From NCBI RefSeq assembly GCF_006345805.1, contig NC_042999.1:22010001-22074000 (forward strand): 64,000 nt of DNA. Reading direction: 5' to 3'. The stretch's first letter is position 1; each line of letters begins with the position of its first letter. Below, piece by piece: positions 12,407-25,387 of this stretch. A model generated the notes under the pieces. That model saw only the letters and a list, made by a program, of their open reading frames with translations. It made no database searches and was not told the DNA's origin. The stretch comes from Octopus sinensis (taxonomy: Eukaryota). The position numbers and the translations under genes are program-made.

Positions 12407-12712
12407 GTGGAGGCGCAATGGCCCAGTGGTTAGGGCAGCGGACTCGCCGTCGTAGGATCGAGGTTTCGATTCACAGACCGGGCGTTGTGAGTGTTTATTG
12501 AGCGAAAACACCTAAAGCTCCACGAGGCTCCGGCAGGGGATGGTGCGGATCCCTGCTGTACTCTTTCGCCACAACTTTCTCTCATTCCTATTAGCCGGCT
12601 CTCATTCTTTCTTCTGGTGGCGTCATTTGAAGGCTAAAACAATGCGAAGCGCATTGTGACCATCGATGTGTAGCAACATCTGATAGCCTGGTCGGTCAAT
12701 GTGATCACAGTG
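12407..12712 (+). mobile_element. SINE family B, tail type 2, with 12-bp TSD
   Basis: ATATACCTGCAT at 12395-12406 and 12713-12724. Confidence 0.92.
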
Positions 12713-13244
12713 ATATACCTGCATACACTCATACATACATACGTACATACATTAAATGTGCGCGTGTATACTCAGATACATACAAATGCATTTAATATGC
12801 GCATATGTGTAAGTCCAATTGTATCCATGCTAGTGGAAACCTCTTCGCGAGTTTTACTTGATAATCATATCCACCAGATTACATATTGCAGTCAGGTAAT
12901 TAATTATTTTATCAACCACTATTTCACGAAACGCTAATTCAAACTCAGACAAACAGGCGCAAACAAAGATACATACTTATATACATATGCATTCGTTGTA
13001 TTGAAACAAGTGAATGGAAGTATAAATCTGACTGAGTAAGCTAGACTTAGGCTTTCACGGTGGAGAAGTGAACGTTGCTTTACTCAGAGAGAGAGAGAGA
13101 GAGAGAGTATAAACTGAATTAAACAACAGCTCGGTTTTCTGTATGAAAGCTAAAAGTCATTATTAAGGAAATACGCTTACGAACGTTTCGATACATTGCC
13201 TACGATTAGCTCTTCACATAAGATTTTATTTTAGATCAACATAA

Positions 13245-13248
13245 TAAA

Positions 13249-13279
<31 letters not shown>

Positions 13280-13389
13280 GTTCAATAAGAAATAATTATT
13301 TTCGAAATTTTTTCTCTTATGAGGTTTTCACGCTATCTACCTGACAATTTCTTGTTAAGTTTTCCTTATTAAGTAGTTGTCCTTAATTG

Positions 13390-13457
<68 letters not shown>

Positions 13458-13705
13458 TATGCTCACACACTCACACATATACATACACACTTACAGATAC
13501 GCGCATACACGCACATACATATATACACGCTTATACACACATACGCACACTTAGCATACATAGGCACACACACACATGCATACGCATACACACACATGCA
13601 TATGCGCACGCATACGCATGCATACGCGCGCACACACACACACGCACATATACTTACGCATACATACGCGCACACACTTACGCATACATATACACACATA
13701 TATGG
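13245..13705. repeat. (TA)n tracts followed by a (CA)/(CGCA)/(CATA) compound microsatellite
   Basis: Direct reading. Confidence 0.9.
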
Positions 13706-14121
13706 GCGCAGGTAAATTCTTATACATTAAGAATGCATGGATGAATAGATATTTCGTAGATATTTCTAGAATGCCTATTTATTTATATTTATGCTTCTAA
13801 CCGAAAGCAAGTGATGGTGTAGTGTATGTGCGAACGTGTATGTATGTGTATTAGCAGTATACGGTAACTAGTTCAATGATTGTGCGTTCGAATAGGCAGT
13901 AAGCGTTTCGATATGAATCTGAGCGGAACCCATTATCCTCCACAGCTCAATTCATTTCAAAGCTAAGATTAGATAGATATTCTGGGAACATAAACAAGAA
14001 TTCCGTTGTTTCAATTATGGCGGTAACTGAAAACTGAATCATGCGCTAGAATATGCTAGAATGAAAACCTATTGTTAAACAATTAAATTTTCACACACAA
14101 ACACATACATACATACATACA

Positions 14122-14152
<31 letters not shown>

Positions 14153-14164
14153 TGTTTTATGCGT

Positions 14165-14546
14165 TTCATTTATTTGACTACGGCCATGCTGGAGCACCGC
14201 CTTTAGTTGAACAAATCGAACCTCAATGACTTACTCTTCGTAAGCATAGTACGTATTCTATCGGTCTATTTTGGCGAACCGCTAAGTTACGGGGACGAAA
14301 CACACCAGCATCGGTTGTCAAGCGATGGTGGGGGGACAAACACAGACACACAAACATATACACACTCGCACACACATATATACGACAGGTTTCTTTCAGT
14401 TTCCGTCTAACAAATCCACTCACAAGGCTTTGGTCGGCCCGAGCTTATAGTAGAAGACACTTGCCCAAGGTGCCACACAGTGGGACAGAACTCGGAACCA
14501 TGTGGCTGGTAACCAAGCTACTTACCACACAGATACTCCTGCGCCT
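14165..14546 (-). mobile_element. SINE family A
   Basis: Head, body and tail match. Confidence 0.9.
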
Positions 14547-14550
14547 CTCC

Positions 14551-14598
<48 letters not shown>

Positions 14599-14811
14599 TC
14601 CTGCGCCTCTCCCTCTCTGTGTATATATATAAATATATATATATATAAGTTCAGCAAAAATTTTGATTCAAATGAAAATGGTACTTAATTTAGATGCACC
14701 AGAAAATTCTGTATGGTGTTATCCATTTAATAAAATGATGTAGTACGAAACGATCGTACCAAATTACCGGAGTCATTCTCGTTGCTTATTTTGATTATAT
14801 ATATATATATA

Positions 14812-15000
14812 GTTAATCCAAACATGAAAATAAAAAGAGAAAACACAACAACGAGGACGTGGAACAAGTACAGTGTTATTGGACGCTCGGGAAAGAAAGG
14901 AGGATTTAACGTTTCGAGCGGACCTCTTCGTCAGAAACATAGGAAAAGGAAAGGTCCAAGGAAGGGAAGACGGAGGGAAAAAAATCGCCAACGATACACA
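14812..15000 (-). mobile_element. Short hammerhead-bearing element (PLE pseudo-LTR-like) between (TA)n and (CA)n
   Basis: Contains the intact HHR at 14904-14938; no ORF similarity; microsatellite flanks. Confidence 0.65.
14904..14938 (-). ncRNA. Minimal type-I hammerhead ribozyme, intact core
   Basis: rc GTTT-CTGACGA-A-GAG gtccg CTC-GAAAC-GT-T-AAAT: all conserved core nucleotides, G10.1-C11.1 pair, stem I GTTT/AAAT, self-complementary AACGTT in place of stem III. Confidence 0.75.
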
Positions 15001-15349
15001 CGTGATCACACACACACACGCACACACTGATTTGAATACATATATATGTATTCATGCTCCTACATACATACACACATACATACACATACATGCATGCATG
15101 CATACAAATACACACACGAGTGTGTCAGTGCTTGCGTGTATGTCCGCGCACGTGTGTGTGTATGCCCGTTTCATTTCGGTTTTTACTTAGACATTAAAGC
15201 ACCATTTTAACAGAGCATCTTGACGTATATTTTGAAAATGATATATGCCCAGCAGCCCTTTAAAATCATGTAGCTATTACATTGTTTAAACACAGCTCAA
15301 TACATGATATTGATATCCAGTCTGACTATCTTAAAATCAATATCAGCAA

Positions 15350-16226
15350 CAGTGGCGGCTCGTGTATAGGAACTGCAGAATTGCAGCACCCCACATTTCC
15401 ACTCGATATTATCGATAACATAACGAGTCCTTTTTTTTTTTATATTTTTCTTTATACTTGTACATTATATAATCCTTAAGCTTATTGTCAGCAGCCATCA
15501 CCAAAAATGCAAAAATCCTTGTTTAGAACTATGCGCCTCACAGTTCAAGCGACGCGGTGTTTGGCTGTTGTGCGCATGCTCACATGTCCGAGATAGGAAG
15601 CTTCACACTAGAGAGAGAGAGTGTACTGCGTGAACGACAGTGCCGTTTGAAAGGCAGTGCTTGTTTGTTTTTTACTCCGCGTGTGTTGTGCTTTAAATAC
15701 GTGTTTATATTCTTGAATGTGACAGTGTAGAATTAGATTACTAAACTGCTTCCAGCTTCAGCGTTGCTGTCAGGATTTGAAAAACAGGGCAACCCTGCCC
15801 CCCCCCTCACATTTTGGGACTTAGGGGATTCTTGAAAAACAAGGGGAAATTTGCAGCGGTTTTCAGTGAACAAATTAAACACACTACCCGGCAGTGGCTA
15901 AAACGCAAACCGATCAACTTTATGTATAAATTTTCTTTTTATATTTTACTTGTTTCGGTCATTTGACTGTGGCCATGCTGGAGCACCGCCTGTAGTCGAC
16001 CAAATCGACCCCAGGTCCTATTGTTTGTAAGCGTAGTACTTATTCTATCGGTCTCTTTTTGCCGAATCGCTAAGTTACGGTGACAATAAACACACCAGCA
16101 TCGGTTGTCAAGCGATGTTGGGAGGACAAACACAGACACACAAACATATATATATATATATATATATATTCGTTTTTCTTGCTTCAACTCAGAGCTGCGG
16201 CCATGCTGATGCACCACCGTTATATG

Positions 16227-16267
<41 letters not shown>

Positions 16268-16529
16268 TATATATAAACATACATACATGACGGGCTTCTT
16301 TCAGTTTCCATCTACCAAATCCACTCACAAGGCTTTGATCGATCCGTGACTATAGTAGAAGACACTTGCCCAAGGTGCCACGCAGTGGGACTGAACCCGG
16401 AACCATGTGGTTGGTAAGCAAGCTACTTACCACACAGCCACTCCTACGCCTTTTATACAATATTAAAACAACACCCCCAAAATTTTCCGAAGCCGCACCC
16501 CCACTAATTTTATCTACGAGCCACCACTG
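15350..16529. mobile_element. Non-autonomous hAT DNA transposon with 8-bp TSD, carrying a SINE-A insertion
   Basis: TIRs CAGTGGCGGCTCGT / ACGAGCCACCACTG; perfect TSD ATCAGCAA at 15342-15349 and 16530-16537. Confidence 0.88.
15945..16451 (-). mobile_element. SINE family A with an extra tail fragment inside its microsatellite
   Basis: Head, body and tail match; GCGGCCATGCTG fragment at ~16197. Confidence 0.88.
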
Positions 16530-16989
16530 ATCAGCAATGACATGAAAAAATACAGGAGATATAACAGGATAGAGTTCTGGCACCGTATGCTAACAAATAT
16601 TTGAACGCTGGTTACAATAAGTGGAAAATGTCCCCCCAAAAAGGAAAAAGAAACAAACTGTGATGCTGATACACTGGATGACATGGGGGGGAAAGGGAAA
16701 CGACATTGCTGAATCAGCAAAGTGAAAGGTTACTGTTTGATACGTTGTAGGATTTTCGAAATGTCAGATTAAAAATAGATTCAAGAGGGGCAATTGTTAC
16801 ATTTTCCTCCCCGTTTAAACTGATTTTGAAATTCAGAGTTACCTTTCTTTATCTCTGTTTACTCACACGCTAATTATATAATGTGTGTGTGTATGTGTGT
16901 GTGTGTGTGTGTGTTTGTGTGTTTGTGTGTGCGTATGTGTGTGCGTATGTGTGTGCGTATGTGTGTGAGTGTACGCGTTTATTAAAAAC

Positions 16990-17455
16990 GAAAATATACG
17001 TACACCATAGGCGTAGGCATGGTTGTATGGCTAAGAAGCCCTCTTTTCAATCACCTGGTTTCCAGTTCTGTCTCACTGCGCGGCACATTGGGCACGTGTC
17101 TTCTCTTATAGCCCCGATCCAATTAACGTTTTGTGAATGGTTTGGCAGACGGAAACTGTGTGTAAGCCAGTCGTCTTTCACCCCTCCATCTCCCTGTAAG
17201 ATAGTGGCTGTGTGGTAAGTAGCTTGCTTACGAACTACATGGGTCAGGGTTTAGTCCCACTGCGTGGCACCTTGGGCAAATGTCTTCTACTATAGCCTCG
17301 GTCCGACCAAAGCCTTGTGAGTGGATTTGGTAGACGGAAACTGAAAGAAGCTCGTCGTATATATGTATGTGTTTGTGTGTCTGTGTTTGTTCGACTAAAG
17401 GAGTTGCCCCAGCATGGCCACAGTCAAATGACTGAAACAAGTAAAAGAGAAAAAG
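16990..17455 (+). mobile_element. Two consecutive SINE-A pieces (old head 16990-17170; internally deleted copy 17203-17455)
   Basis: Similarity to family A. Confidence 0.8.
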
Positions 17456-17469
17456 AATATACCAGACAA

Positions 17470-17650
17470 ATACTCAGCAGCATTTTATCGCTCTTTACTG
17501 AACTCCTGAGTTCAAATTCCACCGAGGTCGAATTTGCCATTCTACCTTTCGGGTTCGATAAAATAAGTACCAGCTATGCACTGGGGTTGATGTAATCGAC
17601 TTACGTCTCCTCTGAAATTGCTGGCCTTGTGCCAAAATTTGAAACCAATA
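17470..17650 (+). mobile_element. SINE family C (5' degenerate)
   Basis: GAGTTCAAATTCCACCGAGGTCG...GGCCTTGTGCC. Confidence 0.8.
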
Positions 17651-17836
17651 TTTAGCGTAAGTGGTGGATAGTAAATCTGTAATTATATCCTGTTTGTTCT
17701 AGATTTATTTCCTGTTAGGGTCGATTATTAACCGTCAGCATTCCGAGACCGAGAAATAAGTGACATCATGTTAGTCAACTAATCACTCATTCTGAATGTT
17801 AGGCCTTTTTCCGAGTTGAGATATATATAAAGCTAG

Positions 17837-18108
17837 GGTACTACTTAACAAGAATGGTCCCGGTGCGCGCACTCGCGTACTCGCGCATCCGCGCTAGCTA
17901 GTCGTGAAAAGTCGATCCTACAACGACTACCTAGCAAAGTAAATAAAACACAAAATAAATAATTTTTTTACACAAAGTAAATATTTTTTTTAAACAAAGT
18001 AAATAAAACAGAAAAACACAAAGCAAGGATCGACTAGTCACGACTAGCTAGCGCGGGTGCGCGAGTACACGAGTGCGCGCACCGAGACCATTCTTCTTAA
18101 GTAGTACC
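17837..18108. mobile_element. MULE/Mutator-type MITE (long GC-rich TIRs, 9-bp TSD)
   Basis: ~80-bp TIRs GGTACTACTTAACAAGAATGGTC...; TSD TAAAGCTAG at 17828-17836 and 18109-18117; AT-rich centre. Confidence 0.85.
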
Positions 18109-18499
18109 TAAAGCTAGAAAGCCCACGTTCAGATCCCTGTGATATCCGAGTCAGTGAACGTAAATAAAAACGTAAAAAAGGCCACAGAAAAAAAATATAG
18201 TATTTCATTTAAATATGACAAAATAATTAAAATATTTGCTCATTAGTTTAAATTGCATGACTTGCATAAATTGAAACCATAATTTATGAAATGGAATGCC
18301 ATGTATGTCAACAAAGATCTCGTTCTGTTCAAAATCTCTAATAGAAACAATGAAACCCAAAAACATTGCATCAATTGTTGATTTGACTTTTCCTGTGACA
18401 ATCTCTCCGCCTGCCCTAACCCTGGATAATCCAAGGACTAAGTTCTGGGTTGGTAAAAATAACCGTTTCACATATTGGAATATGGCTTGAAATTATAGG

Positions 18500-19260
18500 A
18501 GAGGAGGCTAGCCGATTGCATCGACCTCAGTGCGCTACTAGCACATATTTTATCGACCTCGAAAAGATGAAAGGCAAAGCCGACCTGGGCGGAAATTGAA
18601 CTCAGAACGTACAGACGGACGAAATGCTGCTCAGCTGTCAACTCTTGCTCGGCGTGTTAACAGTTCTGCCAGCTTGTCACCATAATAATTATTAAATTTT
18701 TTTGCCAGAAGGGCAGCTTGAGGGAGGTGAGGATAAGTCGATTACATCGACCCCGGTGTTCAACTGGTACTTATTTTATCGACCCCGAAAGGCTGAAAAG
18801 TAAAGTCGACCTCGGCGGAATTTGAACTCAGAAATTATCGACGACTTGTTGCCTTAATAATAATCTTTTCTACTCTAGGCACAAGGCCTGAAATTTTGTG
18901 GGTGGGAGCCAGTCGATTAGACCGACACCAGTACGCAACTGGTACTTAATTTATCAACCCCGAAAGGATGAAAAGCAAAGTCGACCTCGGCGGAATTTGA
19001 ACTCAGAACGTAAAGACAGAGGAAATACCCATTTCTTTACTACCCACAAGGGGTTAAACACAGAGAGGACAAACAAGGACAGACAAACGGATTAAGTCCA
19101 TTATATCAACCCCAGTGCGTAACTGGTACTTATTTAATCGACCCCGAAAGGACGAAAGGCAAAGTCGACCTCGGCGGAATTTGAACTCAGAACGTAACGG
19201 CAGACGAAATACGGCTATGCATTTCGCCCGGTGTGCTAACGTTTCTGCCAGCACGCCTCC
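18500..19260 (-). mobile_element. Cluster of SINE-C units in one orientation (two singles plus a dimer at 18860-19260)
   Basis: Four copies of the Nin/Deu-like domain. Confidence 0.88.
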
Positions 19261-20023
19261 TTATTTAATGCCCCATATTGCTACTCTACAAGCTTTGGGC
19301 CCCAGTTCAATGTGAGAGTATTTTATAAGCTAAAATGCCATCCTGGGGTACCGCCTTAAAGAATGTAGTTCCATAAATCGACCGCAGTACTTATTTTGTT
19401 TTTCACCTGGTACGTGTTATATAGGTGTCTTTTGGACGAAGTGCTTAGTTGCGAGTGCCACGTAGTAGGACTGAACCCGAGACCAAATGGTTGGACAACA
19501 AAGACATTTTTTTATTAATTCTTTTCATTCTGTTTCCTCTGCTTCCTTCACCATTCAGTAAGTATGTATGCGTGCGTGTTAACGAATCATATCAGATATT
19601 TACATAAAACGAGAACAACAAATCCCCTTCCCACATGCTTTCATTTACCAGCACAGAACAAACGAAGTGATGACGCAGCAAAATTCAAGAGGAATAACTC
19701 CTGTTGGTAAAGTTAGGAAAATACCTTCAGTTACGTAAAAAAAAAAGAAATAGTTATTTTTAAATATCAGTATCTAAATAGCAATTATAAACATTTGCAA
19801 CATTCGGTTAAGCAGCAATAGTTATCTAGTTATCTCAGGCTTGTTTTCTGCATACAAAATACGAATAGGATAGAGTCACGTGAGTTCAGGATCTTCGATC
19901 TGTATATTGAAACAATTACATGTTGATCGAAGTGTTTCAATTCGCTGTATTTACTTATGTTAGAGAGTAACGACCCCGATACAAGGAACAGCTGAATAAG
20001 ATGGTTTCTTGTTTATATAAGTA

Positions 20024-20250
20024 AAGGCACGTGGTCTAGTGGTTAAGATGCTGTACTCACGTCCGCAAGATCGCGGTTTCCATACCAGTACTGGGCAGTA
20101 CGTTGTATTCTCACGTTGCTACAGGCCACTAAGCTATAAATGAAGAACCCTGTGTCGGACTGGGGCTCCATTCAATGGGAACATTATGATCTCGGTCACT
20201 AAATGCATTGGAAACCGGGGTATATGGCCCTGCAAGTCCTTAGACTGGCG
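20024..20250 (+). mobile_element. Old tRNA/CORE-type SINE with a different tail
   Basis: GGCACGTGGTCTAGTGGTTAAG A box; CACGTTGCTACAGGCCACTAAGCTATAAATG CORE-like segment. Confidence 0.6.
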
Positions 20251-20368
20251 ACAGTAAAGTAAAATTTATAAAATCGCCAGTTCAAACCTGAGAGAGCAAA
20301 ACGCTGATCAACAGCGTTCCAGACTGACTGTCACGTACAAATGAGTAACTGTGTGTGTGTGTGTGTGT

Positions 20369-20760
20369 AGGCGCAGGTGTGTTAATAAGCTTGCTTCCCA
20401 ACTACATAGTTCTGGGTTCAGTCCTACTGAGTGGCACCTTGGGTAAGTGTCTTCTAGTATAGCCTAGGGCTGCCGAAGGCCTTCTGAGTGGATTTGGTCG
20501 TCGGAAACTGAAAGAAACCCATCGTCTGTATCATATGTGTGTGTGTGTGTGTGTGTAAGTATGTGCCTGTCCCCACCACCCGTCACCGCTTGACAATCGG
20601 TGTTGGTGCATTTACGTCCCCGTGACGTAATGACTCGGCCTAAGAGTCTGATAGAACAAGTACCAGGCTTTAAAAACAGAAGTACTGGGGTCGATTCGCT
20701 CGAATAAAAAAAAAACCCAAACCTTCAAGGCCCAGTCAAATGACTGAAACTAATAAAAGA
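20369..20760 (+). mobile_element. SINE family A (diverged)
   Basis: Similarity to family A. Confidence 0.85.
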
Positions 20761-20799
20761 ATATATACATGTATGTATATATCCATTTTTAACTTTTAT

Positions 20800-20959
20800 C
20801 GTGCACCAACATGAAGGATTTTAGCCGAACAAATCGACCCTTGGGCGTTTTGTTTTTTTTTAACTTAATACTTATTCTACAGGTCCCCCTTTGTTTGACC
20901 GAACTGCTAAGTTACGGGGTTGTAAACACACCAACACCGGCTGACATGCGGTAGGAGGA

Positions 20960-21011
<52 letters not shown>

Positions 21012-21075
21012 GACGGGCTTCTTTCAGTTTCCGTCTACCAATTCCACTCACAAGGCTTTGGTCGAACCGAGTCTA
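20800..21075 (-). mobile_element. SINE family A, partial
   Basis: Body and internal microsatellite; head absent. Confidence 0.8.
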
Positions 21076-21355
21076 TAGGTTCAAGATGTAGAAGTTACTG
21101 AACCGACTTGCAATACATAACAATTACAACTCGGATTTTATCGGTTCCACGAAGAATCAAGGACAAATGTTTCTACAGAGAAACAGAGACCTCGACAAAC
21201 GAATTTGAATAACACAGGCATTTATTTTATCCAACATTGCACCCGTCCTTCGCACCTTGTGGCAAATAAATGAAATCATTATTAAACGAATAGATGCAAA
21301 CATATGCCCGTATGTATAATATAAGTAAGAATGCATATGCATGTTTATATACATA

Positions 21356-21761
21356 CAGGAGTGGCTGTGTGGTAAGTAGCTTGCTAACCAACCACATGGT
21401 TCCGGGTTCAGTCCCACTGCGTGGCATCTTGGGCGAGTGTCTTCTGCTATAGTCCCGGGCCGACCAATGCCTTGTGAGTGGATTTGGTAGACGGAAACTG
21501 AAAGAAGCCTGTCGTATATATGTATATATATATGTATGTGTGTGTCTGTGTTTGTCCCCCTAGCATTGCTTAACAACCGATGCTGGTGTGTTTACGTCCC
21601 CGTCACTTAGCGGTTCGGCAAAAGAGACCGACGATAGAATAAGTACTGGGCTTACAAAAAGAATAAGTCCCGGGGTCGATTTGCTCGACTAAAGGCGGTG
21701 CTCCAGCATGGCCGCAGTCAAATGACTGAAACAAGTAAGTAAAAGAGTAAAAGAGAAAGAG
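21356..21761 (+). mobile_element. SINE family A (young subfamily)
   Basis: Near-identical to 4978-5389. Confidence 0.92.
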
Positions 21762-22786
21762 TATACATATATAATAATAATAATAATAATAATATGCGGT
21801 AAAGACAAAACGAAGATAATGTAAGGAGACGGAATACCTGATGAAAATAAAATTAAAATTCCTTATTCAGTGTTACGCACAAATCCAGTAAACTTTGTTG
21901 GTATAAAATATATGTATATATAATATGTATATATAATATGGTATATTCACGCACTCACACACACGGTGTAATGAGCACCACAGAACCACGTAAGGTGGTT
22001 TTTTCAGCGTCGTAAGTTCTTTGACCCACTCTGTCTGTCTGTCTCTCTCTCTCTCTTTCTATTTCTCCTCGTCCACTAAAAGTTGATTAGCTTGTGTGAC
22101 AAAGGTCACGTGGGTAGCGCAGAGTGGTGGTACTGGAAGGTAGGAGCGTATGTGTATGTATGTGTGCTTTGGTGTGTGTGTGTGTGTATTTTAGTGACGG
22201 TAGAATGGGTAAGGGACTATATGTGCGTAAGAGAGGGAAGACAGAGAGAGTGAGAGAACATAGGAAAGTGTGTGAGAGGGATAGAGGGAGGAGGGACAAT
22301 TATGTAAATTTGCAGTATACGATAGTAAACTTACAATGTGTATTAGCAATGTGTGTGTGTGAACGTGTGTGTGTATGTGTATGCATAAACACACATATGT
22401 GTATGTGTATGTATATATATATATACATATATATATATACATATAGGGAGTAACAAATTACTCATAACCTTACTATGCGCTTGTGTAAGCGGTGTGCGGG
22501 CGTGAGGGGTAGCGAGGTTGCATATATGAGAGAGAGATAATGAAATATTTATAGTGGAAGCCGCTTATTATAATCACGGATAATGTTATTAGCGCCCTGT
22601 TATTTTCGTCGAAATTCATGGATCCTAAACTTTTTTATTTGCTTATTGTTATCAGCCAGTCATTTTCAGCGATGGTGTTGTGTACCAAATTGATCACAAT
22701 AAACGACTTTTACTATGCGTGTGTTCGTGTGAGAGCGCACGCGATGGGGCACACACGCCTGTGTGTGTGAGAATTTATGCATATGT

Positions 22787-22981
22787 AGTCGCAGGAGTGG
22801 ATATGTGGTAAGTAGGTTGCTTGCTAGCCACATGGTTCCGGGTTCAGTCCCACTGCGTGGCACCATGGGCAGCTGTCTTCTACTATAGCCTCGGGCCGAC
22901 CAAGCCTTGTGAGTGGATTTGATAAACGGAAACTGAAAGAAGCCCGTCGTATATATATATATAACACACACATACACACAC

Positions 22982-23026
<45 letters not shown>

Positions 23027-23232
23027 TGTGTGTGTGTTTTGTGTGTGTGTCTGTGTTTGTCCCCCACCCACCCAATATGCTGGTGTGTTTACGTCCCCGT
23101 AACTTAGCAGTTCGGCAAAAGAGACCGATAAAATAAGTACTATGCTTACAAAGTATAAGTCCTGAGGTCGATTTGCTCGACTAAAGGCGGTGCTCCAGCA
23201 TGGCCACAGTCAAATGGCTGAAACAAAAGCGT
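22787..23232 (+). mobile_element. SINE family A
   Basis: Head, body and tail match; long internal (TA)(TG) tract. Confidence 0.9.
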
Positions 23233-23283
23233 AAAGAATATATGTATACACATACGTGTGTTTGTGTGTGTGCATACACACCC

Positions 23284-23314
<31 letters not shown>

Positions 23315-24196
23315 ATCTATCTATCTATGTATCTATTATCTTTCTATTTATCTAGGTATATCTCTTTAGGAATCGCTATAGAAAGAGAGAGAGAGAGAGA
23401 GAAAGAGTTGGAGAGTTGATAGATATACAGATCGTACAAAGTACAAAATCTCGGCGTGTGAATATATGTGCGCATGCGTGTACGTGTATCTAGTCGTTCG
23501 TGTGAGACAGGATGCTTGTCTAGGGTCTGTGGATTTATGTACTTAAGTGTGTGGATGGAGTTGTGGAGAAAGGCAACGTGAGCAAACAGGTGGGAACGTG
23601 TAAGCATTCTTGGGGATGACAGACAGAAGCAGATCGGAATGGATACGAAACGGACAGCAAAAGAATAAGAGAAGAAAGAGGGAGAATGTGCCATAAGCGT
23701 ATGAAGGCACCACAAAACGTGACTGCTTTTTTTGGTTTGTTTTGTTTTGTATTTTTCAAGGTTATTTATGTGCAATAACGAATTAGATTTTAAGAGATTT
23801 CATGCCACGAGATCACTTTTGTAAACATTGGAATTATCCCTTGTTAAAAATGAAATATCAAAAAATTTTTAAATCTAAAGAAAAATACACGCGTTGTGTG
23901 CTCAATGTGTAGGTATGTGTTGAGGAAGCTAGGCTGACAAGCGCCTGGATTTGGAACAGTGCCACAGTGCGGCACTTTGGGCAGATTTCTTTTACTGTAA
24001 CGCCGGCCACATCAATGTCTTATGGTAAATATGAATTAGGTTGTAGGAAACTATGTGCAAGCCCACTTATACACATACACACACACACACACCAGATATA
24101 AGTGATTATCTTATGAGGATCATTAGCTTACAAGTATAATAGAAATATTAAAATTACTAAGTCTCTCTAAAGGAGATTACGGCAGCGTTACTGGAT

Positions 24197-24608
24197 GTTA
24201 ATAGTTATCGCCAAACTAATATGGCAGTCCATAAATATAAGACTAAAGCTGTCGCTGATTAGCTCCAAGAGGCCATCGCCTCTAGCTAGCTATATGACAC
24301 ACGAACCTGCGTCCATTACAACCTTCGAACAGGGGAGGTCAGCCGCTTCACCTTGCTGGTCAGACATCTGTAGACATGTTTCAGGGTTGTTGCCTTTATC
24401 AATGCAGCGTAGTCAGACCCAGCAGGTGTAGCTACCGATCTCTGACCAGCACGGTGAAGCGGCTGACCTCCCCTGTTCGAAGGTTGTAATGGACGCAGGT
24501 TCGTGTGTCATATAGCTAGCTAGAGGTGATGGCCTCTTGGAGCTAATCAGCGACAGCTTTAGTCTTATATTTATGGACTGCCATATTAGTTTGGCGATAA
24601 CTATTAAT
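24197..24608. repeat. Near-perfect long inverted repeat (arms ~167 bp, spacer ~77 bp)
   Basis: TTAATAGTTATCGCC...TGCTGGTCAGA (24197-24363) is the reverse complement of 24441-24608, with about 2 mismatches seen. Confidence 0.95.
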
Positions 24609-24689
24609 AGCTTACAAGTGTTTCTGTTAAAAGATGCAGTACACTCATAGTTCAGCGCCTGAGTAACACCTTCTAGCTTCATCAGAGCC
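24609..24689 (-). ncRNA. Candidate hammerhead ribozyme with a long stem II, abutting the foldback
   Basis: rc GGCT-CTGATGA-A-[~55 nt, AGAAGGTG/CATCTTTT and ACTCA/TGAGT pairing]-GAAAC-actt-GT-A-AGCT; stem II closing pair not canonical. Confidence 0.4.
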
Positions 24690-25387
24690 TTGAGTATGGA
24701 GTGCGATTCATTTGGAGAAATAATTACATCTGAGTCTGTACAGTAAACGTATGGCATCATAAGTCATACATGTATACATACATTTATACATCAATCAATA
24801 CATAAACGCACATATATTTGTGTGTGTGTATGTGTGCGTGTGTGTGTAAGTACGTATGTATGAATGATAAGGAAACATTACGCAGTGATTGTTACCAGTT
24901 CAAATATATGTGAAACAGGCCGGTCATTATTTTGTCTCGCATAAAATTCCTCGCTGTAAACAAAATGCTAACAAAATGCAGTGAATCGCCTCCTCGCAGG
25001 TTCGAATATGTCTTAAAGATATTTGAAGTAGTAACAAGTATATATTCATCTCAGTCACTGCCCAACGCTTCTCATCCACATTTTGCTATGAACGAGCATC
25101 ACCAGCCAGAATATTTCGATTGGATTTTAATAATGTGGACCAATGTTATTTCGGAATAAGTTCTCTGTCCAGTATTCATAGCTGTTACGAAGATAACTAC
25201 TTCGAAGCGCATGCATCCATCGACCTGGGCTGAGTGCGCTTTGAACTGACCATAGAGTGTTTAGACTTTGTTCGTCCACAGCGAGAATATTTCTCCATGA
25301 CGAAATGCAGTGAAGGGCCCGCTGACGTATTTGAACGGGTAATAGATTTATATTTGTATGTCTGTGCTTAAATGTGTGTCTTTGTGA

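Noticed and set aside
24195-24760. Pair of opposite-strand ORFs with identical peptide IVIAKLIWQSINIRL...
   Set aside because: Artefact of the inverted repeat; no recognisable domain
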